Shown here piece by piece: positions 9,833 to 20,159 of a DNA stretch of 64,000 bases. The position numbers were made by a program, and so were the translations under genes. Within the stretch, counting starts at the first letter, position 1. The number at the start of each line of letters is the position of its first letter. This DNA is from Polyangiaceae bacterium (lineage in GTDB: Bacteria; Myxococcota_A; Polyangia; Polyangiales; Polyangiaceae), in NCBI GenBank assembly GCA_033763455.1, contig JANRKO010000076.1, positions 18,836-82,835 of the forward strand, given 5' to 3'. A model generated the notes under the pieces. The model did no database searches. It was not told where the DNA came from and saw only the letters and a program-made list of their open reading frames with translations.

Positions 9833-10615
9833 ATGGACCAAGCTAAATTCTATGTTTGCGACTCGTGCATGACGCCGGTGCCCACTGGGCACAAGTTCTG
9901 CGGTCGCTGTGGTGCTCCGATCCCCGACGCCGTGTTGCACATGCACTCGAAGTACTTCAGCGACATGCAAGATCCATTGAAGGCACGGCTGATATTGATC
10001 CGTGGCGATGGCATGGATGGGTTGAGCTACCACCTGAAAGCTGAGCAACACGTTGTGGGCCGCAGCGGGCAGCTTGAGTTCCCCGATGATCCGTTCGTTT
10101 CCCCACGCCATGCGAACTTCTTCTATCGCGACGGCCATCTCGTAATTCGCGATGAAGGCTCGCTCAATGGCGTGTACGTCCGGGTGCGCGGCACCGTGGA
10201 GATTGCCGCGGGCGATACCTTTATGGTGGGCGAAGAGCTCTTCCGTTTGGATCGCGAACCGGCAGCGTCGGATGCGGCCGGCCAAGATGGAACCTTCTTC
10301 TACTCGTCGCCCCGCTATCCCAGCATCTTCCGGGTAAACCAAGTGCTGGAGGGTGGAAGCCCAGGCATCACCGTATGTGCGCGCCTATCGACCCTCAAGA
10401 TTGGCCGCGAAAACTGCGACGTGAACTTCCCCGAAGACGTGTTTCTCTCGGCAGAACACTGCAGCATCGAGCTCAATGGTGATCGCTTCTTCCTCACGGA
10501 TCACGATTCGAAGAATGGCACCTACGTGCGTATCAAGAGCGAGCGTCCGCTCACGCATGGGGATTACCTCTTCATCGGGCGCAAGCTTCTGCGCGTTGAG
10601 CTGAACAGCAACTGA
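9833..10615 (+). CDS. zinc-ribbon + tandem FHA domain protein
   Basis: CDSC...FCGRCG; FHA1 GR...VSPRHA...SLNG; FHA2 GR...LSAEHC...SKNGT. Confidence 0.88.
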   Translation: MDQAKFYVCDSCMTPVPTGHKFCGRCGAPIPDAVLHMHSKYFSDMQDPLKARLILIRGDGMDGLSYHLKAEQHVVGRSGQLEFPDDPFVSPRHANFFYRDGHLVIRDEGSLNGVYVRVRGTVEIAAGDTFMVGEELFRLDREPAASDAAGQDGTFFYSSPRYPSIFRVNQVLEGGSPGITVCARLSTLKIGRENCDVNFPEDVFLSAEHCSIELNGDRFFLTDHDSKNGTYVRIKSERPLTHGDYLFIGRKLLRVELNSN

Positions 10616-10660
10616 ACCGACGGCGCGCTTCGACTACGCGGACCCTGTAGCCCTAGCGAT

Positions 10661-10684
10661 AAGCACTTTGTACGCAAAGTACTT
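10661..10684. terminator. hairpin between convergent genes, possible terminator
   Basis: AAGCACTTTG-TACG-CAAAGTACTT inverted repeat with one mismatch. Confidence 0.35.
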
Positions 10685-10792
10685 CGTTTCGGGCCTGAAC
10701 CCCCTCGCGCGCCAACGTTAGGTACTTCGCATACCAAGTACTTCCCAAGCGCCTGTACCCCCTCTCCGCGTTCACCGAACCCGCGCGCGCGT

Positions 10793-12160
10793 TCACGCCG
10801 CTGGAACTGCAGACTTTTTACGGCTGCGGCGACGCGCTGTTCTCTTCTTCGGAGGTGCCTCTTCAGCTTCAGGCTGCGCACGCTGCACATCCATAGCCTC
10901 TTGCCGGATGTCCTGAACCTGCTGAGCGAGCTCGTACAAGCCGCTCCGTGCCACGCGGCCCCCGCGGCCCGCTTCAAGCTTCGGCAACACACCCACAATG
11001 CGGCGCACTGCATCGGCGATACGGCGCGGCATATTCAGGCGATCTACCAGAGGTTCCAGAAAATCTAACGCCGCGTTCACGCGATCACGCGCACCCTGGC
11101 AGGCCTCATTGAGAGGCCCAAGGAGCAACACCGTCCAAAGCACCGCGTCGTCCAATGGGGGGCCCCCGCGGGCCACGCGCTTATCGACGGCGGAGAGCAT
11201 TCGCCAGGCGGTGCCGTCGTCCGCATCCGACAGATAGGCGGATAATTCGGGCAAAAGCACATCCAAGACGCCTGTTTCCCAACACAGCCAGAGGGCTCGA
11301 TGGGCCGCAGCGCTGCGCATAAGCCGCAAGAGCTCTTCAAATAGGCGCGGCTTAGCGGCTTGTGAGAGCGAACCGCGGCAAAACACGATCGCATCGTACA
11401 CCTCAGGAGCAATGCCAAGATCGAGCCGAGCGCTGAACTTGATGGCTCGGAGGATGCGCACCGGATCTTCAAAGAAGCGCACAATCGGATCCCCAATAGT
11501 ACGCACGGTGCGCGCCTCGATATCAGGCATGCCCCCGATCCAATCGAGCACCTGTTTGGCTTCTACGTCGTAAAACAGGCCGTTGATCGTAAAGTCGCGT
11601 CGTTGCGCGTCTTCGTGCGCTTCACCAAAGGCATTGTCGCTGCGAATGAGAAGCGTAGGGCCCCCCTGCTCGCTTTGACGCGGAGCACTACGAAACGTGG
11701 CCGTTTCGATAACTTTTCCGGCCCCAAACAAAATGTGCACTAAGCGAAACCTACGCCCAATAATGCGCGAGTTTCGAAAGAGCTTCCGAATGTCTTCAGG
11801 GCGAGCGCTCGTTGCTACGTCGAAATCTTTTGGCCGCATGCCAACTAAAAGATCGCGCACGCAGCCGCCCACTAAGTAGCCTTCAAAGCCGTGCCGCGTG
11901 AGGCGTTGCACCACTTTGACAGCGTCGGGATCGATGCGAGCTTCATCCAGCTCAACGTTGTGCAGCGTAGGTTCAGGCTGCTCGTCGTCGAACGCATCGT
12001 CGAACGCGTCGTCGCGCTCGCGCAAAGCGCGCCCTTCACGGCTATCGTCTGCATCGTCATCCCACAGCGACCGCTGTGCCGTTTCCGTGACTCGACCCCC
12101 TGCGGATGCAGAGCGACCCGAGTGAAATGAACGAGAGCTTGGAGGAGCGGACCGACCCAT
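10793..12160 (-). CDS. pcnB: poly(A) polymerase I
   Basis: VGGCVRDLL, KDFDVAT, the PAP-specific signature IIGRRFRLVHI, RRDFTING, EDPVRILRA. Start uncertain (ORF open to 12322). Confidence 0.9.
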   Translation of the reverse strand: MGRSAPPSSRSFHSGRSASAGGRVTETAQRSLWDDDADDSREGRALRERDDAFDDAFDDEQPEPTLHNVELDEARIDPDAVKVVQRLTRHGFEGYLVGGCVRDLLVGMRPKDFDVATSARPEDIRKLFRNSRIIGRRFRLVHILFGAGKVIETATFRSAPRQSEQGGPTLLIRSDNAFGEAHEDAQRRDFTINGLFYDVEAKQVLDWIGGMPDIEARTVRTIGDPIVRFFEDPVRILRAIKFSARLDLGIAPEVYDAIVFCRGSLSQAAKPRLFEELLRLMRSAAAHRALWLCWETGVLDVLLPELSAYLSDADDGTAWRMLSAVDKRVARGGPPLDDAVLWTVLLLGPLNEACQGARDRVNAALDFLEPLVDRLNMPRRIADAVRRIVGVLPKLEAGRGGRVARSGLYELAQQVQDIRQEAMDVQRAQPEAEEAPPKKRTARRRSRKKSAVPAA

Positions 12161-12343
12161 GGACCTTTCGATAACCCGGAGTGTGGGCCCGAACCCTAAC
12201 CCGCTTTGCCTGGCACGGTGGAAGAATAGAGGCGCCGGGGCGATCTCTTTGGGCCAATCGGGCGTTTTCTTGGTCAAGAAGTGAGGGAATGGGCGGCGAG
12301 GACGCTTTTTCGCCGCGCCCACGGCCGGTGCAATGCCCCGAGC

Positions 12344-12772
12344 TCAGCCGAGGGGGTGGCGGTGCCGCAGCCCAGGGAAACGGCCGAAATCGCTATCGGC
12401 GGTGATGAACTCGCAGCCGTGCTCTATGGCAAGGGCGGCGTGATAGGCATCAGCAACCAGCTTGCCGCGGGCCCGAGCGGCTAGGCAAAGCTTCACGAAA
12501 ATATCCCAACTCGCTGGGCCGTGTGTGAGGAGCCGTGCATTCGACCTCTGACGAAGCCTCCGAACGAACTCAAGCGCATCTTCAAGCGGCGTAGGGTTTT
12601 CCCAAATCCGCGAGTTGGTAACGATGCGAACAAAACCGGAGGCACTCAACTCCGAAAGCGCGAACGGCTCCGGCCCCTCTGCGAGCCGAACCAACCATTC
12701 AGCGTAGCGCGTGTGCTCCGGCGATTCGCTCCGGTGTGCGTAAACAAAAACGTTTACATCAGGGAGCTGCAC
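12344..12772 (-). CDS. vapC: VapC PIN-domain toxin
   Basis: PDVNVFVYA...DAYHAALAIEHG...TADSDF; overlaps the antitoxin gene. Confidence 0.92.
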   Translation of the reverse strand: MQLPDVNVFVYAHRSESPEHTRYAEWLVRLAEGPEPFALSELSASGFVRIVTNSRIWENPTPLEDALEFVRRLRQRSNARLLTHGPASWDIFVKLCLAARARGKLVADAYHAALAIEHGCEFITADSDFGRFPGLRHRHPLG

Positions 12773-13034
12773 GGCGCCTCAGCCCCAGAACCGCCAGGCT
12801 CGCGACATCTTCCTCTTCTTCCGCCGCGAGGATTTCGGCCTGTGTGGGGAACCTACTCAGGCTATCGCCGCGAACCAAAAGCTCAAAGGGCTCATCCTTC
12901 ACCGCAGACTTTCGACCCCCAAGGTATCCAGCCAGTGCCCGATTCACGACAGACCCCAATGTCTGCCGCTCCTTCAGCGCGAGCTTTTTGGCGCGCTCCA
13001 GCAAGGCGTCGTCAATATCCACCGTTGTGCGCAT
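12759..13034 (-). CDS. vapB: VapB-type ribbon-helix-helix antitoxin
   Basis: MRTTVDIDDALLERAKKLA...TLGSVVNRAL; upstream of and overlapping vapC. Confidence 0.88.
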   Translation of the reverse strand: MRTTVDIDDALLERAKKLALKERQTLGSVVNRALAGYLGGRKSAVKDEPFELLVRGDSLSRFPTQAEILAAEEEEDVASLAVLGLRRRAAP

Positions 13035-13054
13035 ACGAGCAATTTAGCATGTAC

Positions 13055-13078
13055 GCATCAACTCGCAAGCTTTGATGC
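13055..13078. promoter_or_regulatory. probable vapBC autoregulatory operator
   Basis: GCATCAA-N10-TTGATGC inverted repeat about 20 bp upstream of vapB; further (G)CATCA copies at 13085-13109. Confidence 0.6.
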
Positions 13079-13364
13079 CATCGACATCATATACCGCATC
13101 ACCGCATCACTACCCCTGGGAACCATGCAATATCCGCGTTACGTGGTCGTTTTTCGCTGGCGGAGAGGCCGGGTGGAAACCCGATATTGGCCCAGCCGAC
13201 CTGGGCGCCGCCTTGACACGTTCCAGCGGCAGCGCGTTAGGCTGCAGCGATGGGCTCATTCAGTCTGATCCACTGGCTTATGGTACTCGTTCTTGTCGTC
13301 GCGACATGGATCGCCCCAGCGGCCAGCCTGATCAAAAAAAATACTGACGCCACTTGAGCTGGAA

Positions 13365-13859
13365 GTGGTGGCTCACACCGTGCTCATCGTTCTCGGTTGC
13401 CGGCTAGCACCGGGCGCAGGGGTGCAGGGAGCCATACTTCGACGTTTGGAACGCGCTCTTGCCGCCTACACATTTGGCTCTGAAGCTCAGTTCGTCGTGA
13501 GCGGAGGCGCAGTTTGGCATGGCGTAACCGAGGCGCAGGCGATGGGGGATTGGTTGCGCTCAAAAGGGGTGCCAAAAAGCGCCATCTTGATGGAGGCGCA
13601 TTCCAAGAACACTTTTGAAAATGCACAGCGAGTGGCCGAGCTTCTGCGCCAAACCCACGATCAACCCACCGAGCTCGCCCTGGCCACCTGTGCTTGGCAT
13701 ATGCCACGCGCATTGCGCGCGTTTCGTCGCTATGGGTTGCACCCGGTGGCACTGCCCGCAGTGTCCGCAGAGCCTGCGCGATTTTCAAACAATTTCCGGG
13801 TCGTTCGTGAGTTGATAGCCACGGGCGTCGACACTCTACGCGGTTGGGCGGCGCCATGA
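13365..13859 (+). CDS. YdcF/DUF218 family protein
   Basis: IVLG, RLERA, VVSGG, TEAQAM, EAHSKNTFENA, WHMPRA. Confidence 0.9.
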   Translation: MVAHTVLIVLGCRLAPGAGVQGAILRRLERALAAYTFGSEAQFVVSGGAVWHGVTEAQAMGDWLRSKGVPKSAILMEAHSKNTFENAQRVAELLRQTHDQPTELALATCAWHMPRALRAFRRYGLHPVALPAVSAEPARFSNNFRVVRELIATGVDTLRGWAAP

Positions 13860-16018
13860 ACTGGTGTTGGCGTGCGCGAAAAGTGCGAATCCTTAAACTG
13901 CCGGCAGCTCTCGCAATAGTTGTCCTCAGCGCCTGCACCTCCAACGCTCCAACCAGCACGAGCCCTCAGCCCGGCACCCCCAATGCTAACGTGGCGCGAG
14001 CCAAGCGAGATGCGCTAGCGCCGATTCTGAAAAAGTGGGTCACCCTTGAAGCTCAGCAGGGCCACCCCAAGCTTGAGCTATCATCGCTTGCAGCCGCCGA
14101 TAAAGACGAACGGCGCCTCCTTTCCCGCAGCATTTCCCGCCTGGCGAGCCCGGGTGCACGCTCGCTCACCGAGGCCCTCCTTCTCGACGAAGATCCGGAG
14201 GTGGCCGGCTGGGCGGCTTTCGGCCTTGGCCAGAATTGCACGGGCCGAGAAACTGCAGCGGTTGGCAGCCTAACACTCCGAGTTGCACGGGAGTCAAAAG
14301 AGCACGCTCGGGTGAATCCGTTCTTTGCCGATGCAGCCTCCGACGCCATCGCGCGTTGCGGCGGACCAAAAGCCGAAGCTGTACTTAGAAGTTGGCTTGA
14401 AACAGATCTATCGGAGAGCGCCACTCGCGCATTATTTCGCTTAGCCACGGCCAATGGCACATTAGAAGAACCAACGCTCGTAGCCTTGCTGGGTCGCGCT
14501 CCCGAGCACCCCTCCGCAATCCTGCCCTTCGCACGCCTGCACATCCAAAGCTCCAACATCTGCCGTCGCTTGATTGCGCTCACCCGGGATCTGGTTGCCA
14601 GCCGCGACCCATTGAAGGCGTTGCCGGCAGCGCGCGCACTGGGAGCCTGTGGTGGCGCAGCCACCGCTCAATTGCAGTCGCTCTTGCTGGATCAAGCCGC
14701 CGGGGTGCCCGCACGCAGCGAAGCGCTGCGCAGTCTGCTGAAAGTTCAAAAAGCCGCCGCTCCAGCGGTTATTCTGCTGCTTGAGCCGTTAGCTGCGCGC
14801 GGAGCCTTTGCCGACTTGGCGTTCTTGAATTCACCCGAGTTCGGGTTGGCCAAAGCCGCCTTGGCGGGCCTCTCCGAAGTTCCAAAAGGCAAGGAGCAGC
14901 TATTGCAAACGCTTTCGCAGCTTCCCTTGACGCCCGGAGAAGGCAAGTCACCGAGCCCGCTAGATCTTCGAAAGATCTGGCTCCGTTGCCAAGCAGCAGA
15001 GCTTTTGGCGCATGCACGCGGGACGCTTCCCAACAATTGCGCCCAAGGCCACCACACAGATCTCGAAGCGTTAGCCAAGCTGGAGGTGCTTGCTCAACGA
15101 GATCTCGACAAGAAAGCCGAAACACTCTTGGAAGCCTCGCTGCGATCAGAACACCTCACGGTTCGTGAACGAGCGCTGCAGGTATTGAGCCGCCACCGCG
15201 ATCTGAAAGCCACCGAGCGCGCACTCATAGCAGCCCTCACCTCCGAATCTTCAGGCATGATCACCGAGGCCGCCTACGCTCTCACCGCCAGCGCAGGGAC
15301 CGAGCGGACCTTGGATGAGCCGCGCCCGAGTGCCTCGCCCGCGCTAGCAAAAGCGCTCACTTCAGCGTTTTCATCGCTCGATGCTGGAGCCTCGGAGGGG
15401 CGAATCGCCTTGATTGAAGCAGCCGCTGCCTACGGTGTGTTGAGCTTCGTCCCAAGCCTAGAAAAGCTTTGCACGTCGCCCATATTCGCACTGCGCACCA
15501 GCGCCGAACGTCAACTGCGGATCTTGGGTGACAGCACGCGCTCTTGCACCAAGTGGCAGGCGGCTCCGGCTCCAGCCGAGCTCGCATCGCTTCCTCAAGC
15601 GCCCGTCACAGTGAAGCTCGAAACGGACCAGGGTGAGCTCAGGCTCATCCTGGATCCTCGCGTGGCTCCACTCGCCGTGGCGCGTATTATTCGGTTAGTC
15701 GAGCAGGGCGCGTGGAACGGTATCCAAGTGCAACGCGTTGTACCCGGCTTTGTCGTGCAGTTTGGGGACGTGGACGGCGACGGGTATCAGGGGCCGAGCC
15801 TTCCGCCTCTTCACTCCGAGCTCTCACCGGTGCCATTTGGTTCGCTTGAAGTGGGTATGGCACTCGCGGGGCGCGACACCGGCACCAACGAGGTATTCGT
15901 AACGCTGGCCCCCGCACCGCACCTGCTCGGTGATTTTCCGTGGGTGGGGCGCGCAGAGGGGGCGTTTTCCTCGTTGATAGAAGGCGATCGCATTCAGAAG
16001 GCCAGTATTTTGCGCTGA
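13856..16018 (+). CDS. lipoprotein with HEAT-like repeats and C-terminal cyclophilin-type PPIase domain
   Basis: Lipobox LSAC; Ala/Leu-rich helical repeats; RVVPGFVVQFGD...GMALAGRDTG...PHL. ATGA overlap with the upstream gene. Confidence 0.82.
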   Translation: MNWCWRARKVRILKLPAALAIVVLSACTSNAPTSTSPQPGTPNANVARAKRDALAPILKKWVTLEAQQGHPKLELSSLAAADKDERRLLSRSISRLASPGARSLTEALLLDEDPEVAGWAAFGLGQNCTGRETAAVGSLTLRVARESKEHARVNPFFADAASDAIARCGGPKAEAVLRSWLETDLSESATRALFRLATANGTLEEPTLVALLGRAPEHPSAILPFARLHIQSSNICRRLIALTRDLVASRDPLKALPAARALGACGGAATAQLQSLLLDQAAGVPARSEALRSLLKVQKAAAPAVILLLEPLAARGAFADLAFLNSPEFGLAKAALAGLSEVPKGKEQLLQTLSQLPLTPGEGKSPSPLDLRKIWLRCQAAELLAHARGTLPNNCAQGHHTDLEALAKLEVLAQRDLDKKAETLLEASLRSEHLTVRERALQVLSRHRDLKATERALIAALTSESSGMITEAAYALTASAGTERTLDEPRPSASPALAKALTSAFSSLDAGASEGRIALIEAAAAYGVLSFVPSLEKLCTSPIFALRTSAERQLRILGDSTRSCTKWQAAPAPAELASLPQAPVTVKLETDQGELRLILDPRVAPLAVARIIRLVEQGAWNGIQVQRVVPGFVVQFGDVDGDGYQGPSLPPLHSELSPVPFGSLEVGMALAGRDTGTNEVFVTLAPAPHLLGDFPWVGRAEGAFSSLIEGDRIQKASILR

Positions 16019-16076
16019 GGCCACCTCGAGGAAAAACAGTCGCGCCAGCCTCAACCCGAGCCGCTATAAAGCCCAC

Positions 16077-16847
16077 ATGCTGCTCGCGATCGACATCGGA
16101 AACACCAATATCGTGCTCGGCCTGTATGACGGCAAGGAACTCAAGCACACCTTCCGCATCTCCACCCAGCTCGAAAGAACGCTCGATGAACATTATGTCT
16201 TGCTCTCGCAGCTCGTGGCGCTGCGTGGCATCCCGGCTGACAAAGTTAGCGCGGCCATCATTGCGAGCGTAGTGCCCAGCGTCACCGAAGTGGTCGCAGG
16301 TTCGGTGCGGCGAGCCTTCGCTCGAGAGCCTCTGGTGGTAGGTGGCCCAGGGCTGAAGACGGGCATTGCCGTGCGCTACCATAGCCCCCAAGATGTGGGC
16401 GCTGACCGCATTGTGAATGCTGTGGCGGCATTTGAGCGTTTCGGCGCGGGCGCCATCGTTGTAGATTTTGGTACGGCCACCACCTTCGATTGCATCTCGG
16501 AAAAGGCCGAATACCTCGGCGGCGTGATCGTTCCGGGAGTGCACGTAGCCCTAAACGGCCTCCTAGCGCACACCGCCAAGCTCACCCGCGTGGAGATTGC
16601 CGCGCCGCCTGCCGTGCTCGGCAAAAGCACGCCGCATGCACTTCAATCAGGCATCGTGCACGGCCATGCGGCCCTGGTAGATGGCCTGGTCGACCGCCTT
16701 GTGAAAGAGCTGGGCTTCCCCTGCAAAGTGATTGCCACCGGCGGCCTCGCCAAGCTCATTGTGCAGCACACCACCCGCGTCGACGTAACCGACGAAAACC
16801 TAACGCTCGAAGGGCTCCGCGTGCTCCACGAACGCAATAGTTCGTAG
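16077..16847 (+). CDS. coaX: type III pantothenate kinase
   Basis: IDIGNTN, VGADR, VDFGTATTFD, YLGGVIVPG, ATGG, LTLEGL. Confidence 0.96.
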   Translation: MLLAIDIGNTNIVLGLYDGKELKHTFRISTQLERTLDEHYVLLSQLVALRGIPADKVSAAIIASVVPSVTEVVAGSVRRAFAREPLVVGGPGLKTGIAVRYHSPQDVGADRIVNAVAAFERFGAGAIVVDFGTATTFDCISEKAEYLGGVIVPGVHVALNGLLAHTAKLTRVEIAAPPAVLGKSTPHALQSGIVHGHAALVDGLVDRLVKELGFPCKVIATGGLAKLIVQHTTRVDVTDENLTLEGLRVLHERNSS

Positions 16848-16882
16848 AGCACCACGGGAACTGAGCTGCAGAAGCAGCGATT

Positions 16883-17737
16883 TTACTTCTCGTACAGCTG
16901 AGCAGCGGCGAGGCCTTGGCCTGCAGCCACTTGCACCACCAGCTTTACGGATGCCGCAAATGGCAGCGACCAACGGTAGCAATTCGGCTTCTTGCCGAGC
17001 ACTGCCTGGGGCCCGGTGTCCTGATCTTGAGCGAGGGTCGGAGCGGTGCCCGGAATCGGCATCACAGCTACGAGCTGCAGATTGAGCTCAGTGACCGTAG
17101 GAACGGCTGCGCCCACTACGGAATAGCACTTACCGGGCTGCATTTGCGCCTGAACCTCCAGCGTTTGGCCAGCCTGGAAGTTCCCCACAATTGCGGAGCC
17201 CACGGCTTTGGCACCTGGAGGGATCTGACCACTAGCTAACTGCGAAATTACGTTGGTTACGATACCAGCAGCCGCCGGATCGAGCGGCTGCGCACTGCCA
17301 CCCGAAGCACCAGGAGCGGGAGCTGCGCCCGGGGCAGGAAAGCCTGGGATCCCAGGAAAACCGGGCGGGGCAGGCTGTGCGGCGGGAGGGGGCTGACCCG
17401 GAGCCGGTGGCGGAGCTTGAGGCGCTGGCTGCGGTGGTGGGTAACCAGGCTGCTGCGGTGGCGGGTAGCCAGGCTGAGCCTGCTGCGGAGGCGGATAACC
17501 AGGCTGCGGCGCGTAACCTGGAGGAGGCTGCTGACCATAACCCGGTTGGCCCGGAGGGGGCTGACCGTAACCAGGCTGCTGACCATAACCCGGCTGGCCC
17601 GGAGGGGGCTGACCGTAACCAGGCTGGCCCTGCTGGTAACCTGCGGTGTTTACCTCTTCGTCCTGCTTTTTGCAGCCACCTAACGCGAGTGCCGCGGCGA
17701 CCAAAGTGCATGCTGTAAGCTCAGTATAACGCTTCAT
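16883..17737 (-). CDS. Pro/Gln/Gly-rich lipoprotein with C-terminal globular domain
   Basis: Lipobox LGGC; PGYGQ repeats; C-terminal beta-rich domain with 2 Cys (GKCY, PNCY). Confidence 0.8.
   Translation of the reverse strand: MKRYTELTACTLVAAALALGGCKKQDEEVNTAGYQQGQPGYGQPPPGQPGYGQQPGYGQPPPGQPGYGQQPPPGYAPQPGYPPPQQAQPGYPPPQQPGYPPPQPAPQAPPPAPGQPPPAAQPAPPGFPGIPGFPAPGAAPAPGASGGSAQPLDPAAAGIVTNVISQLASGQIPPGAKAVGSAIVGNFQAGQTLEVQAQMQPGKCYSVVGAAVPTVTELNLQLVAVMPIPGTAPTLAQDQDTGPQAVLGKKPNCYRWSLPFAASVKLVVQVAAGQGLAAAQLYEK
17526..17626. repeat. 48-bp tandem repeat x2 (encodes PGYGQPPPGQPGYGQQ)
   Basis: Units start at 17526 and 17574 and differ by one base. Confidence 0.85.
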
Positions 17738-17963
17738 AAAGTCTTCGTTTCATCAGGCCCCAATGGGCGGTCCCAAGTCAAAGTGCACCCAGGCTATACG
17801 TCCCCGGGCCTCGAATCCACCCCCACTAGCTTCACTTCGGCGCGAAAAGCACCGAAACGGTGGCTCTCCAGGCTATTGCGGGTGCGCCTTCCCACCGGAC
17901 ACGCGGTTACAACGCCGAGCTTCCCGAACAAGCCGCTCATTGGCGCCGAAGCGCTCGTGACAA

Positions 17964-18719
17964 ATGTTAGCCTCGCTTGCACACATGCTTCCACGTTCCA
18001 GTCGTGCAAGGATCTTTTGTCTGGCGCTGGCTGCTCGTGTAGTTTCGCTGCCTCTCGCACTCCTACTAGAGGTGCGCTGCGTTCCTCAGGATGGTTGGGG
18101 GGAGTCCGCACCCGAGCCCGAATTGCCAGCGCCGGTCAACGCCGCGTGGGCAGATAACTACGAGCGGAGAACATTGGGCGCGAACTACCTGCCAACCTAT
18201 CCCGCCTATCGCCTAGTGAACGGTGAGCTGTGCGTGGCGGGCTCCAAGAACCACCCACTCTGGCTCAAGCGGCCCTTGCCAGAAAACGTGCGGATTGAAT
18301 TCGATGCTCGTAGCGACACGTCCGAAGGCGACATTAAGGTCGAGCTGTTCGGGGATGGGCGGAGCTTTGCTCGAACAAGTTCCTACACGGACGCCTCAGG
18401 CTACCTCATTATCTTCGGCGGGTGGCGGAACCGCTTTCATGTCTTGGCCCGCCAAAACGAGCATGCCCCTGAGCGCTTGGAGCAGCGCCTCACGCTTGGG
18501 GCAGAAAATCCAGCATTTGTGCCACTCAGAGCGGGCCGCAGTTATCACATCCGGCTGGAGCGCCGTGGCGGAAGAACACTCCGCGTCTGGCTAGATGGCG
18601 CCCTTGTGTTTACCTTGGTGGATCGGAATCCCCTTACTGGAAAAGGCCACCAACATTTTGCTTTTAACAACTGGGAAGCGCCCGTGTGCTTCGATAATCT
18701 GAAGATCGCACCCCTTTGA
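17964..18719 (+). CDS. exported hypothetical protein, possibly concanavalin A-like beta-sandwich
   Basis: Hydrophobic N-terminus; VRIEFDA, GDIKVELFGDG, YLIIFGGW, VCFDNLKI. Start uncertain. Confidence 0.65.
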   Translation: MLASLAHMLPRSSRARIFCLALAARVVSLPLALLLEVRCVPQDGWGESAPEPELPAPVNAAWADNYERRTLGANYLPTYPAYRLVNGELCVAGSKNHPLWLKRPLPENVRIEFDARSDTSEGDIKVELFGDGRSFARTSSYTDASGYLIIFGGWRNRFHVLARQNEHAPERLEQRLTLGAENPAFVPLRAGRSYHIRLERRGGRTLRVWLDGALVFTLVDRNPLTGKGHQHFAFNNWEAPVCFDNLKIAPL

Positions 18720-18728
18720 AGGTCCACC

Positions 18729-20015
18729 TTGCAGGCTGAGGAACTGGAACTTGAAATCGATGAACTCGAGCAACGCCTTGAGCGGCTGCGCGCGTTGTAC
18801 GAGCAGTACTTCATCGGTATCGAAAAGATGGAGCCGGCGATCCCGCGGAAAGATGTGGACAGGCGCATCTGGATGCTCCGGCGCGAGAAGATCCGAAATA
18901 CGGCCAAGCGCTTCAAGCTGCAAACCATCATCCAGCGCTACAACACATATCAGCAGTATTGGCATCGCGTTTTGCGCGAGATCGAGCTTGGCACCTTCCG
19001 GCGGCACGTGCGAAAGGCCGAGCTTATAACCGGTGAAGATTTGCTCACCATCCGGAGCCGCCACCGCCATCGGCACACGCTGAAAGCCCAAGAAGAGGCA
19101 CGCCAGCTAGAGGCCTCCCAGGCCGCTGCTCAGGCTACGGCACAAGAGTCCGCCGAGGCACGCGAATCAACCTTTCCCCGCCCGGCACCCGTGCCTTCGC
19201 CACACCCGAGGGCCAGCCGTCCGCCACCGGACGCCGGCATTTTACCCCGCCCAGGCGTGAGCACAGGTAAACGCCCAAGCCAAGCACCCGAGGCGCTCCC
19301 AGGTCAACGCCCGCAGACGTTGCCCGGCACGACACTGAGTGCGCTATTAGCTCAAGCCGCCGCGCCGAACGCCCCGGCGCCGGCAAATTCCCCACTCCGA
19401 CGCGCACCGCTGCCCACCCAGCCCGGCGCACGCCCAGCTCTCGGCGCCGAACCACCTGCCGCGCCAGTTGCCCCGCCCCCTGTACCGCCAGCACGCAGGG
19501 CGCCTCCCGCGAATCTACCGCCCCCCGCAGCCGCTCGAGCCCAGGCGCAGGCCCAGCAGCGAGAAGCTCCTAAGCCTTCACCGCCGTTTTCTCCTCCCCT
19601 CGCAGCCGCCGCTCCTAAGCCAGCTTCACCACGCGTCGCGGCTCCCGCCCCTAAGCCTACGCCACAGGTTTCTCCACCACTCGCAGCTCCCGCTCCAAAG
19701 CCAGCCTCTCCGCCCGTTGCAGCTTCCGCTCCGAAGCCAGCGGCGCCGGCACCGCGGCAGCCTCAAGCCTCCACTGTGGCCGCAGAAGCCCTCAGCGAAG
19801 CTCGCATTCAGCAGCTGCACGAACGCCTCGTTGCCACGCGCCGCCAAGCTGGGGACACCACCGAAACCACCCTCGCAGGGCTTGCCCGTTCGTTACGCGC
19901 CACAGAGGCCAAGCTTCGGGAACAGCACAAGGGTCGCGCCATTGACTTCGATATCACCGTGAAAGACGGCAAGGCCGTCCTGCGGCCCGTCCTTAAGAAA
20001 TCCACTACCCAATAG
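18729..20015 (+). CDS. myxobacterial conserved protein (MXAN_5187 C-terminal-domain-like) with long Pro/Ala linker
   Basis: Helical N-domain LRALYEQYFIGIEK...RFKLQT...YWHRVLREIE; C-terminal IDFDITVKDGKAVLRP. Family name is from recall. Confidence 0.7.
   Translation: MQAEELELEIDELEQRLERLRALYEQYFIGIEKMEPAIPRKDVDRRIWMLRREKIRNTAKRFKLQTIIQRYNTYQQYWHRVLREIELGTFRRHVRKAELITGEDLLTIRSRHRHRHTLKAQEEARQLEASQAAAQATAQESAEARESTFPRPAPVPSPHPRASRPPPDAGILPRPGVSTGKRPSQAPEALPGQRPQTLPGTTLSALLAQAAAPNAPAPANSPLRRAPLPTQPGARPALGAEPPAAPVAPPPVPPARRAPPANLPPPAAARAQAQAQQREAPKPSPPFSPPLAAAAPKPASPRVAAPAPKPTPQVSPPLAAPAPKPASPPVAASAPKPAAPAPRQPQASTVAAEALSEARIQQLHERLVATRRQAGDTTETTLAGLARSLRATEAKLREQHKGRAIDFDITVKDGKAVLRPVLKKSTTQ
19566..19740 (+). 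repeat. degenerate APKP(A/S)SP coding repeats (about 81-bp unit x2)
   Basis: PKPSPPFSPPLAAAAPKPASPRVAAPA / PKPTPQVSPPLAAPAPKPASPPVAASA. Confidence 0.7.
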
Positions 20016-20159
20016 GCTGACGTATGCGCGGCGAAGCGTCGCGGTGCCTGAGGTGAGTGAGCTTTTATGGAGGAGCGCTCTGATGCTTTTGTCTCTGCCG
20101 CAGAAGTCGAGTTTACTTCGGGAAATTGGCCACCGCCCAAACTCCTCAAAGGGGTGCGA

